Below the pieces are notes generated by a model. It worked only from the letters and a program-made list of their open reading frames with translations. It was not told the DNA's origin and searched no databases. From an uncultured Prochlorococcus sp. (lineage in GTDB: Bacteria > Cyanobacteriota > Cyanobacteriia > PCC-6307 > Cyanobiaceae), in the NCBI GenBank assembly GCA_902589115.1, contig CACIRS010000002.1, positions 8,186 through 72,185 on the forward strand: a stretch of DNA of 64,000 bases, read 5' to 3'. The position numbers were made by a program, and so were the translations under genes. Shown here in pieces: positions 28,943-37,769 of this stretch (within the stretch, counting starts at the first letter, position 1; every line of letters starts with the position of its first letter).

Positions 28943-30127
28943 TTGAATTTGAATTTCAAGACCTTTTCAGAATATGATCCGTCAAAGCAGCTTTTGCTTT
29001 TAAAGAAAAAGTGTTCAAAAGTAACTCCCACTATTTATAGGTATCAAGCGCTTTACCTTCAAAAAATCAGAGAAAAACTAGTAAAAGAAGTTAAGAAGGC
29101 TATTTTGTATTTAATTACTGAGAGTAAAAATAGTAATTTTAAGGAGATTAATAATAAGCTACAAGATAACTTACAGTTAAAAATAAATAATATTGTCAGC
29201 TCTTCTCTTTCTTTGCTTACTATTGAGCAATTAGTTGATCTTTCTAATCAAATAGAAAACGAGAAAAAACTTGCCAAACAAAGAACTAAAGAAGAATTGT
29301 TATTGGCGTTGAGAACAGAACAAAATTCATCAGTCTCTAAAAATGCTTCAGTCACATTAAGCTTTGATCCTCCGATTGAAGATACTTCATATCTAGAAAG
29401 TTGGGATCTAAAGTGTCGCGGAACTAGTTTTGATGTTGAACCTGACCGTACTTCTGGTGATACATATCAAGAAGAAGTTTTAACTAATACAAATATAGAA
29501 CCCTCAAAAAACCTTTTAATAGGAGAGAAAATTGATAATCTAAATATGAATCAAATAGACTTTTTAGATTCCCTTTTTGTTTTTACAGGAGAAAGTCTTA
29601 AGAAAGACTCTGAGCATGAAGAAGTACCAAGATTGTCAAAACCAGAAAACCCACTATTAGACGATAATTCTCAAAATGAAACAAGCTTTTTACCAAGAAC
29701 CCCATTGGAATTAGCTAAGTGGTTAGATTCCTTTGAAATTGCACTAGAAAGAAGATTGAGGGACCTTTCACATGAATTGAATTTGGAACTCCTAAAGTTT
29801 GGAATAATAAATAGTCTTTTACCCGTTAACCTTTTAGAAGCTGTAATTGTTGGCCAAATAGAAACTCAGTCGTCAATTTCTAATATACTTAGTGTTCAAA
29901 TACCTATGCAAACACAATTTTTGGAAGGAGGAATGGAAATAGCTTGCTTACTTCTAAGACCAGCTGATTTTGAATTTGATTATACAGATATTCGGCTTTG
30001 CAGAACAACATTAAGAAAAAACAGAACTGAAGTTTTTAAAATGGTTAGGCAACAAAAACATTGGGAAAGACGATCATTAGCTAATAACTTGCATCGAAAA
30101 TGGTCAGATAGTAATAGTTCCGAATAA
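28943..30127 (+). CDS. hypothetical protein, 394 aa (helical ends, acidic low-complexity middle)
   Basis: Long uninterrupted ORF in AT-rich DNA, in the same orientation between tsf and recG. No motif recognised. TTG start is uncertain. Confidence 0.6.
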   Translation: MNLNFKTFSEYDPSKQLLLLKKKCSKVTPTIYRYQALYLQKIREKLVKEVKKAILYLITESKNSNFKEINNKLQDNLQLKINNIVSSSLSLLTIEQLVDLSNQIENEKKLAKQRTKEELLLALRTEQNSSVSKNASVTLSFDPPIEDTSYLESWDLKCRGTSFDVEPDRTSGDTYQEEVLTNTNIEPSKNLLIGEKIDNLNMNQIDFLDSLFVFTGESLKKDSEHEEVPRLSKPENPLLDDNSQNETSFLPRTPLELAKWLDSFEIALERRLRDLSHELNLELLKFGIINSLLPVNLLEAVIVGQIETQSSISNILSVQIPMQTQFLEGGMEIACLLLRPADFEFDYTDIRLCRTTLRKNRTEVFKMVRQQKHWERRSLANNLHRKWSDSNSSE

Positions 30128-30140
30128 ATTCTTTAGGCAG

Positions 30141-32630
30141 TTGAAAAATGAACATTTGCTGGAAATTCAGAAATGGTTAAGACCTATTCAACAGGCTTTA
30201 ACACTTGAAGCAGAAAAGGATTTTAGAAATCTTTTAGGAAGAGAGGAATATTTTAATTCCTTTATATGTCGAGAACTTCTATCTTGTAGTGATTTGCCTA
30301 TATCTTCTAAATATAAATCTTTACTAACAGAACTATCAGAATCTTTTTCACGATACTCTGCTGAGAATGAAATTACAAGGCGTCGTTTAGTTGTACGTTT
30401 AAGAAAAGTATTATATGAACTTAGTAATAAATCAAAGATCCCGGAGCCGATTAAACCTCCTCGACTAAATTTTTATAGTGATCAATTACTAGGTGAAAAT
30501 AGGATTAATACTCTTGATAAATATGATTTTGATACTCCAATTAGTCAAATAAAGGGTATAGGTCCTAAGATCATGGAAAGATTGAGTTGCCTTGGAATAT
30601 TTTATTTAAAGGATATTTTATTACATTATCCAAGAGATTATATTGATTATTCTTCGATGAGAAGAATAATTGATTTGAATTCAGGAGAAACAGCAACTAT
30701 TATTGCAAAAGTAAGAAAATGCAATGGATTTGTAAGTCCCCGTAATAAAAATCTAGCTATTTTTGAGTTGCATGTGCAGGACCAAACAGCCAGATTAAAA
30801 GTAACTCGTTTTCTTGCAGGTAAAAGATTTAGTCATCCTGCCAATATAAAAAGTCAAGTTAAACTATATCCTCCTGGTTCAACTGTTGCTATTAGTGGAT
30901 TAGTTAAAGAAGGCCGTTTTGGAAGAACATTTCAGGATCCTCTTATTGAGGTTATGGATAGTCCAAATTCATATTTGAAATCTAAGCTTATCGGCAGATT
31001 GTTACCGGTTTATTCTTTGACTGAGGGAGTATCAGCTGATCGATTTAGAAACTTGGTTGATATTGCTTTACCAATAGTTCGGAATTGGGTTGACCCTCTT
31101 CCAAATTCAATACTTAGCGCTAGGTCTTTACTTCCCAAACCGGAAGCCATTTTTGAAATTCACAGGCCGACTAATCAAGTTCAATTGAATTTAGCTCGTA
31201 GAAGATTGATTTTTGAAGAATTTTTCTTTCTCCAATTAGGACTTTTACGTAGAAGGCTACTTCTAAAAAATAAATCTGCTCCTCCTCTAATTAGGCATAA
31301 ATCAGATAAAGATTATGCAAATCAATTCTTAAACTTATTACCTTTTACTCTTACTACAGCCCAGGAAAGAGTTCTAAATGAGATTCATTCTGACCTTTTT
31401 AAAACAACGCCTATGTCAAGACTTGTTCAAGGCGATGTTGGAAGTGGCAAAACAGTAGTTGCTATTGCAGCACTTTTGTATGCAGTTCAAGCTGGCTGGC
31501 AAGCCACTTTAATGGCACCTACAGAAGTATTAGCAGAACAACATTATCGGAATCTTTGCAAATGGTTGCCACAACTTCATGTCAATGTTGAGTTACTTAC
31601 TGGTTCTACTTCCAAATCAAAACGTCGACAAATAATTGATGATTTGGCTAATGGTAATTTAAGCGTTCTTGTTGGAACTCACGCATTGATTGAGGATGGG
31701 GTTTCATTTTTGCGTTTAGGACTAGTTGTTGTTGATGAGCAGCATAGGTTTGGAGTTAGACAAAGGAATCGTCTTCTTGTTAAAGGCATGCAACCCCATC
31801 TACTTACCATGACCGCAACACCAATTCCCCGTACTCTTGCACTGTCAATTCATGGAGATTTAGATGTTAGTCAAATAGACGAGCTACCTCCTGGAAGAAC
31901 ACCTATTGAAACTCGACTCGTTTCCGCATCAGAAAGAGACAAGGCATATCAACTTATTAGAGAACAAGTTGATATTGGTCAAAGGGCTTATGTAGTTTTA
32001 CCCCTAGTTGAAGAATCAGAGAAATTAGATTTACGTTCTGCGGTCGAGGTCCATGCACAACTTTCCTCCACTGTTTTTCCAGAACTTCAAGTGGGGTTAC
32101 TGCATGGCCGTATGAATAGCTTGGATAAGCAATCAATAATTAATGATTTCTCTATAGGTAAATGCCAAGTACTTGTATCTACAACAGTTGTAGAAGTTGG
32201 AGTCGATGTTCCTGAAGCAACGGTAATGTTGATAGAGCACGCAGATAGATTTGGTTTAGCTCAATTGCACCAATTAAGAGGTCGAGTCGGACGTGGTGCG
32301 AAAAAATCATATTGTTTACTGGTTAATGACAGTAATAATCAACTCGCTAGACATCGATTAGAAGTACTTGTTAGATCAAATGATGGTTTTGAAATTTCTG
32401 AAATAGATTTACGATTGCGAGGTCCTGGCCAGGTATTAGGCACTAAACAATCTGGCCTACCAGATCTTGCCTTGGCAAGCTTGGCTGATGATGGAGCTAT
32501 TCTTGAAGAATCTCGAATAGAAGCAGAGAATTTATTAAATAAAGACCCTGAGCTAAGAAAACATCTAGAACTAAAAAAAATATTGGATGAGCATTGGCGT
32601 AAACTAAGTGGAAATGCTCAATTGAATTAA
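30141..32630 (+). CDS. recG: ATP-dependent DNA helicase RecG
   Basis: 829 aa. Wedge/OB region, Walker A GDVGSGKT, DEQHRFG, TATPIPRTL, QLHQLRGRVGRG. Confidence 0.9.
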   Translation: MKNEHLLEIQKWLRPIQQALTLEAEKDFRNLLGREEYFNSFICRELLSCSDLPISSKYKSLLTELSESFSRYSAENEITRRRLVVRLRKVLYELSNKSKIPEPIKPPRLNFYSDQLLGENRINTLDKYDFDTPISQIKGIGPKIMERLSCLGIFYLKDILLHYPRDYIDYSSMRRIIDLNSGETATIIAKVRKCNGFVSPRNKNLAIFELHVQDQTARLKVTRFLAGKRFSHPANIKSQVKLYPPGSTVAISGLVKEGRFGRTFQDPLIEVMDSPNSYLKSKLIGRLLPVYSLTEGVSADRFRNLVDIALPIVRNWVDPLPNSILSARSLLPKPEAIFEIHRPTNQVQLNLARRRLIFEEFFFLQLGLLRRRLLLKNKSAPPLIRHKSDKDYANQFLNLLPFTLTTAQERVLNEIHSDLFKTTPMSRLVQGDVGSGKTVVAIAALLYAVQAGWQATLMAPTEVLAEQHYRNLCKWLPQLHVNVELLTGSTSKSKRRQIIDDLANGNLSVLVGTHALIEDGVSFLRLGLVVVDEQHRFGVRQRNRLLVKGMQPHLLTMTATPIPRTLALSIHGDLDVSQIDELPPGRTPIETRLVSASERDKAYQLIREQVDIGQRAYVVLPLVEESEKLDLRSAVEVHAQLSSTVFPELQVGLLHGRMNSLDKQSIINDFSIGKCQVLVSTTVVEVGVDVPEATVMLIEHADRFGLAQLHQLRGRVGRGAKKSYCLLVNDSNNQLARHRLEVLVRSNDGFEISEIDLRLRGPGQVLGTKQSGLPDLALASLADDGAILEESRIEAENLLNKDPELRKHLELKKILDEHWRKLSGNAQLN

Positions 32631-32733
32631 AAGTTCAATCTTGTTTTCCACATATATAAAAAAGAGCATCATCCTATACAAAATCTCTTTGAGTCTAAAG
32701 GGAAAATGAAGTCTTTAATACATTTGTTTATAA

Positions 32734-32748
32734 GAATATTTAGATTTT
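32734..32748 (+). repeat. 15-nt direct repeat copy 1 (gaatatttagatttt)
   Basis: Identical 15-mer recurs at 32846-32860 within the same 346-bp spacer. Confidence 0.6.
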
Positions 32749-32845
32749 TCTCTTATTCCTATTATTATTAATCTTTATAAGGGCTTCTAAAGACTTAGTT
32801 ATCTCTCTTTTTGGCTAGATCATAATGCGATATAAAATTTAGGTT

Positions 32846-32860
32846 GAATATTTAGATTTT
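32846..32860 (+). repeat. 15-nt direct repeat copy 2 (gaatatttagatttt)
   Basis: Identical to 32734-32748. Its 3' end overlaps the left arm of the 10-bp inverted repeat at 32857-32903. Confidence 0.6.
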
Positions 32861-32903
32861 GTCAAGTGTGTCGTTTTATAAAACATATTCAATCTTGACA
32901 AAA
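32857..32903 (+). promoter_or_regulatory. 10-bp inverted repeat enclosing a 12-nt palindrome, upstream of ddpX
   Basis: ttttgtcaag (32857-66) pairs with cttgacaaaa (32894-903). The inner palindrome gttttataaaac (32873-84) is nearly concentric. Lies 74 nt upstream of the ddpX ATG. Confidence 0.35.
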
Positions 32904-32976
32904 ATAAAGAAAAACATGCATCTGTGGAAAACTCGACCTTTTTGTGGAAATTTAGGATTGGTTCCTTTTTCTAGAA

Positions 32977-33708
32977 ATGCGTCCCTGGTGTAAGTGGCCA
33001 ATTCTTGATTGTGGCGAATCTCTTGAACAAATACCAGGGACTATTAAATGCCTTAAGCCTCATCCTTATTATTCATTAGGGGCGCCCTACGGGGAAGGGT
33101 TTGATCCATTTCGATTGCGAAAAGAGGTGGTAAGACTTTTGCTTTCTGCACAGGAATATTTACACAAGAAAAATCCTGAATTTAGATTGGCAATTTTTGA
33201 TGCATGGAGGCCTATCAATGTCCAGGCTTTTATGGTTGAGTACGTTATTAATCAGGAATGTATTGCTAGAGGTTTAGATCGGCAGGCAAAATCCGACTCT
33301 GTTGAGGTCATGAAAATGATCAAAGAGGTAAATAGATTTTGGGCTCCTCCAAGTTTTGATCCTTCTATGCCTCCTCCTCACAGCACTGGAGGGGCAGTTG
33401 ATTTAACTCTTTCTTCTTTAGAAGGCTTGCCTTTAAAAATGGGTGGAGAAATAGATGCCATTGGAGAAATTTCACACCCGAACTATTACTCATCCAATAA
33501 TTCCTTAGTTTTTGACCCTGAGCATGTGACTTGGAATAAAAGACGATGTCTACTTTCTGAAGTAATGATTGCAAATGGATTTGTGCAACATCCAAATGAA
33601 TGGTGGCATTTTAGTTATGGAGATCAGTTATGGGCATGGAAGAAAAATATATCCAAAGCAATTTATGGAGCCTGTAACCCTATAGAGAGAAGTTCAGTTA
33701 CTCTTTGA
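32977..33708 (+). CDS. ddpX: D-alanyl-D-alanine dipeptidase (VanX/DdpX family, peptidase M15D)
   Basis: 243 aa. Zn/catalytic motifs HSTGGAVDL and NEWWHF. N-terminal WPILDCGESL is typical of the family. Confidence 0.85.
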   Translation: MRPWCKWPILDCGESLEQIPGTIKCLKPHPYYSLGAPYGEGFDPFRLRKEVVRLLLSAQEYLHKKNPEFRLAIFDAWRPINVQAFMVEYVINQECIARGLDRQAKSDSVEVMKMIKEVNRFWAPPSFDPSMPPPHSTGGAVDLTLSSLEGLPLKMGGEIDAIGEISHPNYYSSNNSLVFDPEHVTWNKRRCLLSEVMIANGFVQHPNEWWHFSYGDQLWAWKKNISKAIYGACNPIERSSVTL

Positions 33709-35459
33709 TCACCTATTTTCTGTACATGTTTACCTAAACTTTCTTGAAAGCCTGTTTTTTTCCAATCAAGTAGTAATGGCTCTATTGTTTTTTCTAGATC
33801 ATTTAATGGCATTCGATTTATATAAGGCTTTGCAAGACTCTGAAGATTTGGTGTTCCTCCTAGCCATAACTGATATTGATTAACACCACTTCCAACTAGA
33901 CCTAACTCTGCCATGTACGGTCTTGCACATCCATTTGGACATCCGGTTACTCTGATTAAAATTGATTTCTCGATTTTTAACTTATTTAGTTGGGTATGAA
34001 TTCGTTCAAGTATTGATGGTAGAAACCGTTCAGCCTCTGTCATTGCAAGTCCACATAATGGAAGTGCTGGACATGCAATAGCATGTTTCTCTAAAGGTAA
34101 AGGTCCATTGACTTTTAAAATTCCAGCTTTAATTAATTCTTTGTTTACGCTTGATTTCTGAATGGAGCCAATATTACAAAGTAATAGATCTTGATTAGGG
34201 GTTAACCTGATTTCAAGCTGATAGGTTTGTACAATTTCGCGTAGTTTCTTTTTGTATTCACCAGTTAATCTTCCGCATAACAAAGGTAAGCCTACAAACC
34301 ATTTGCCTTTAGATTGAATATGCCAACCAAGATAGTCCTCTAGTTTAGCTTTGGGTTCTGGATGTAATCTTTTTATTGGCCTTGAAAAGTATTTATTCTT
34401 GAGAATATTTTTGAACCAATCAACTCCATGATGGTGAATTAAATATTTCATGCGGGCATTTCTTCTATTTTTACGATCTCCGTAATCTCTTTGTAGAACT
34501 AATATTGCTTGGACAAGATCTAAAATATCTTCTGCTTCAACATATCCTAATGGTTGAGCTTTGCATGCGAATGTACTTTCATTGTTATGAGTTCTTCCCA
34601 TACCTCCTCCAACGTAGACATTGCAACCTTTTAGTTTTCCGTTCTTTTCTGTAAATGCAACTAAACCTATGTCATGCGTAAGTAGGTCAACGGAATTGTC
34701 CCCAGGTACTGTTACTGCACATTTGAATTTACGTGGCATATATGTTGATCCATAGAGTGGTTCATTTTTATCGCCACTAAACAATCTCCCTTTATTGATT
34801 TTTGCTTTGGTTCTTTTAACTGCAGTAGAAGGTTTGATTCGATATCTCATATCTCCATTTATCCACAAATCCAAATAGGTTCCTTCTGCTGCAGTAGGGG
34901 ACAATAAATCTGCAATTTCTTCTGCCAATTCCTTTGCCGCTGGGTAACCACCTTTTTGATAAGGCGCCGCAGGAGCCATGACATTCCTTGAAATATCTCC
35001 ACAGGCTGCAAGTGTTGATCCCATTGATTGAATAATTGTTCCAATTACTTCACGCAATCGTTCTTTTCGGATTCCATGCATTTGAAAGGCTTGTCGAGTT
35101 GTAGCTCTGAGAGTCCCATTCCCAAGCCTGTTTGATAGATCATCTAATGCTATAAATAAAGAAGGATGTATCCTCCCTCCAGGACTACGAAGTCTCAACA
35201 TCATTTGCCAATCTTTTCCTTCTCCTTTTTTGCGATTCTCACGATTGTCTTGTTGATAGCTACCATGGAATTTTAATAATTGAACGGCATCATTACTGAA
35301 GTGATCACTTTCATTATTCAGTTCTAATGCAAGAGGTTGCTCTAGGTAGTTACTGTCAGACTTGAATTGTTCGAATTTCGTCAGTTCAGCACCATTAGCT
35401 ATGCAAGGTGAAAGTTCCTGTTCTTGTATTTGATTTGCTTCTTTCCCTTCTTCAGTCAC
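33663..35459 (-). CDS. sir: ferredoxin-sulfite reductase
   Basis: 598 aa. Siroheme/4Fe-4S cysteine clusters ACPALPLCGLA and TGCPNGCARP. Two NiR/SiR repeats. Confidence 0.9.
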   Translation of the reverse strand: MTEEGKEANQIQEQELSPCIANGAELTKFEQFKSDSNYLEQPLALELNNESDHFSNDAVQLLKFHGSYQQDNRENRKKGEGKDWQMMLRLRSPGGRIHPSLFIALDDLSNRLGNGTLRATTRQAFQMHGIRKERLREVIGTIIQSMGSTLAACGDISRNVMAPAAPYQKGGYPAAKELAEEIADLLSPTAAEGTYLDLWINGDMRYRIKPSTAVKRTKAKINKGRLFSGDKNEPLYGSTYMPRKFKCAVTVPGDNSVDLLTHDIGLVAFTEKNGKLKGCNVYVGGGMGRTHNNESTFACKAQPLGYVEAEDILDLVQAILVLQRDYGDRKNRRNARMKYLIHHHGVDWFKNILKNKYFSRPIKRLHPEPKAKLEDYLGWHIQSKGKWFVGLPLLCGRLTGEYKKKLREIVQTYQLEIRLTPNQDLLLCNIGSIQKSSVNKELIKAGILKVNGPLPLEKHAIACPALPLCGLAMTEAERFLPSILERIHTQLNKLKIEKSILIRVTGCPNGCARPYMAELGLVGSGVNQYQLWLGGTPNLQSLAKPYINRMPLNDLEKTIEPLLLDWKKTGFQESLGKHVQKIGDQRVTELLSIGLQAP

Positions 35460-35552
35460 GGCGATAATTTTCTCCTGATGATCCGTAGCTAATTACACAT
35501 TCAATTTTAGGACTTTGTCCCAATAAAGTGGTTAGTGAATTGCTTAAACCTT

Positions 35553-37718
35553 GTGCCTTCTTTTTTGCTTGAAATTGGGACCGAGGAGATGCCGGCTGAT
35601 TTTGCGGGTGGAGTACCCTCCCAATTGGAGCAGATGGCTAGAAATGACTTGAAAGAACGTCGTCTTAGCCATGGTGAAATTGTGTCCACAAGTACTCCAA
35701 GAAGAATTGTTCTTTTAATAAAAGGTATTGCTAGTTCTGCTACTGATTTTAAAGCAGATTGCAAGGGGCCCCCATCAGCGCAGGCTTTCAAGGATGGCGT
35801 TCCTACTCAAGCAGCTATTGGGTTTGCCAAACGTTTTGATATAACAACAGATCAACTACAGATTCGTGATACATCTAAAGGCCCCTTTGTATTCGCTTCA
35901 ATACTTGAACCTGGAGAATCATCATTCAAATTATTAAGAGATTTGATTCCTTTATGGATTTCGAATTTGCAAGGCCGTCGTTTTATGCGTTGGGGTAAAG
36001 GAGAAAGACGTTTTACTAGACCTATTAGATGGATTGTTGCTTTACTTGACGACCAACTAATTGATTTAAGTCTTTCAGGAGTGGATCCTCAGATATCCAG
36101 TGGCAATCGAAGTAAAGGCCACAGACTTTATAATCAAAGCTTGGTGATTCCTTCTTCTGATGATTATTTGAAAACATTAAAGAATGCAGGTGTTTATGTA
36201 AACAGAGAAGAAAGACGAAGACTTATTGAAAGCTTAGTATCTGAGTCAGGCAGGGAAAACAATGCACAGCCAGATCTTTCAGACTCCTTATTAGAAGAAT
36301 TAACAGATCTTGTAGAATCTCCTTCGTTGATTCAAGGAGAATTTGATAAAACCTTTTTAGATTTACCTGCTGAATTACTGAGCACAGTAATGAAGAATCA
36401 TCAAAGATATGTACCGCTTTTTCGACACGATTCAATTTATGAACCATTAGCTTTAAGCGCAAGGAGGTCTTTGCTCTCTAAGTTTATTTGTATTTCTAAT
36501 GGTCTTTTAACATCAAGTAAGAATATTGCTAAAGGTAACCAGAGAGTTCTCAGAGCAAGACTTGCTGATGCAAAATTTTTCATTGATGTAGACCTGGAAG
36601 AAAGAAGTTTAGAAAGAGTTGATAAGCTTTCACATGTCACTTTTAGTGAAGGACTTGGTTCACTAAAAGATCGAGTTCTAAGAATTGAATGGGTTGCCAA
36701 GATGCTTTTAGAAGAATTAAATCTTAATCAACAAACTATTGTCAATACGACTAGAGCTGCGTATTTATCTAAACATGATTTAGTAAGTCAAATAGTAGGA
36801 GAATTCCCAGAATTGCAAGGAATAATGGGAGGGAAATATTTATTAGCTGAAGGTGAGGAAAATGAGGTTGCATTAGCAGTCGCTGAACAGTATTTACCAA
36901 AGTCCGCCAATGGTAAATTGCCACAGTCGGATGCAGGATCAGTACTTGCTTTGGCAGATAGGATAGAGCTTCTTTTAAGCATCTATTCAAAGGGAGAAAG
37001 ACCTACTGGCTCTTCTGATCCTTATGCCTTAAGACGCGCTGGTAATGGAATAGTACAAATACTTTGGACGAAGTGTTGGCATTTAAATTTACAAAAGTTA
37101 CTGGAAAAGTCTTCTAAATATTGGGGGGAAATATTACCAAACTTAGGGATTGAGACTTCAAATATTTCTGATCAATTAAAGGAATTTATGCGGCAGAGAA
37201 TTATCAGTCTTTTAGAAGATCAAAAGATTGATGGAGACCTTGTTCAGGCTGTTGCAGGAGAAACTGTTCATATTGATCGAATTTTAGACAATATAATAGA
37301 TGTGAAATTACGTATTAATTTATTAGCCTCTATGAGAAGTAAAGGTGAATTAAATTGCATACATTCTGTAGTTACAAGGGCGGCTCGACTTGCAGAAAAA
37401 GGTGAACTACCTTCTAACATATTTGGACCAAAAGATACTGTTGATCCAAGTCTTTTTGAAAAAAGTAGTGAAACTGAACTATTTAATCTTATAAACTTGC
37501 TTGAACCAATTGTTTGTTCAACTTCTGAATCTAGATATACAGATTTAGCTAAGAATCTTGCTTCTGGATCTAAAGTTTTAGAAGAATTTTTTGATGGAGA
37601 AACAAGTGTTTTGGTTATGGACAATAACCCATTGATACGTGCAAACAGATTAAATCTTTTGGGAATATTACGCAATCAAGCATCGGTTTTGGCCGATTTT
37701 AATTTAATTAATGGTTAA
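35553..37718 (+). CDS. glyS: glycyl-tRNA synthetase beta subunit
   Basis: GTG at 35553 gives MPSFLLEIGTEEMPADF, the canonical GlyS N-terminus. The ORF-track start at 35535 adds 6 aa. Confidence 0.9.
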   Translation: MPSFLLEIGTEEMPADFAGGVPSQLEQMARNDLKERRLSHGEIVSTSTPRRIVLLIKGIASSATDFKADCKGPPSAQAFKDGVPTQAAIGFAKRFDITTDQLQIRDTSKGPFVFASILEPGESSFKLLRDLIPLWISNLQGRRFMRWGKGERRFTRPIRWIVALLDDQLIDLSLSGVDPQISSGNRSKGHRLYNQSLVIPSSDDYLKTLKNAGVYVNREERRRLIESLVSESGRENNAQPDLSDSLLEELTDLVESPSLIQGEFDKTFLDLPAELLSTVMKNHQRYVPLFRHDSIYEPLALSARRSLLSKFICISNGLLTSSKNIAKGNQRVLRARLADAKFFIDVDLEERSLERVDKLSHVTFSEGLGSLKDRVLRIEWVAKMLLEELNLNQQTIVNTTRAAYLSKHDLVSQIVGEFPELQGIMGGKYLLAEGEENEVALAVAEQYLPKSANGKLPQSDAGSVLALADRIELLLSIYSKGERPTGSSDPYALRRAGNGIVQILWTKCWHLNLQKLLEKSSKYWGEILPNLGIETSNISDQLKEFMRQRIISLLEDQKIDGDLVQAVAGETVHIDRILDNIIDVKLRINLLASMRSKGELNCIHSVVTRAARLAEKGELPSNIFGPKDTVDPSLFEKSSETELFNLINLLEPIVCSTSESRYTDLAKNLASGSKVLEEFFDGETSVLVMDNNPLIRANRLNLLGILRNQASVLADFNLING

Positions 37719-37769
37719 ATCTTGTTTTTATTTGAACTCTTAGGTATTGAATAGTATTTCGATTAGATT

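Noticed and set aside
35507-35791. 94-aa minus-strand ORF
   Set aside because: It overlaps the glyS 5' end antisense and would leave sir and glyS without a promoter spacer. No motif.
37268-37675. 135-aa minus-strand ORF, plus the 36223-36990 group of minus-strand ORFs
   Set aside because: All lie antisense within glyS, whose frame is supported end to end by recognisable GlyS sequence.
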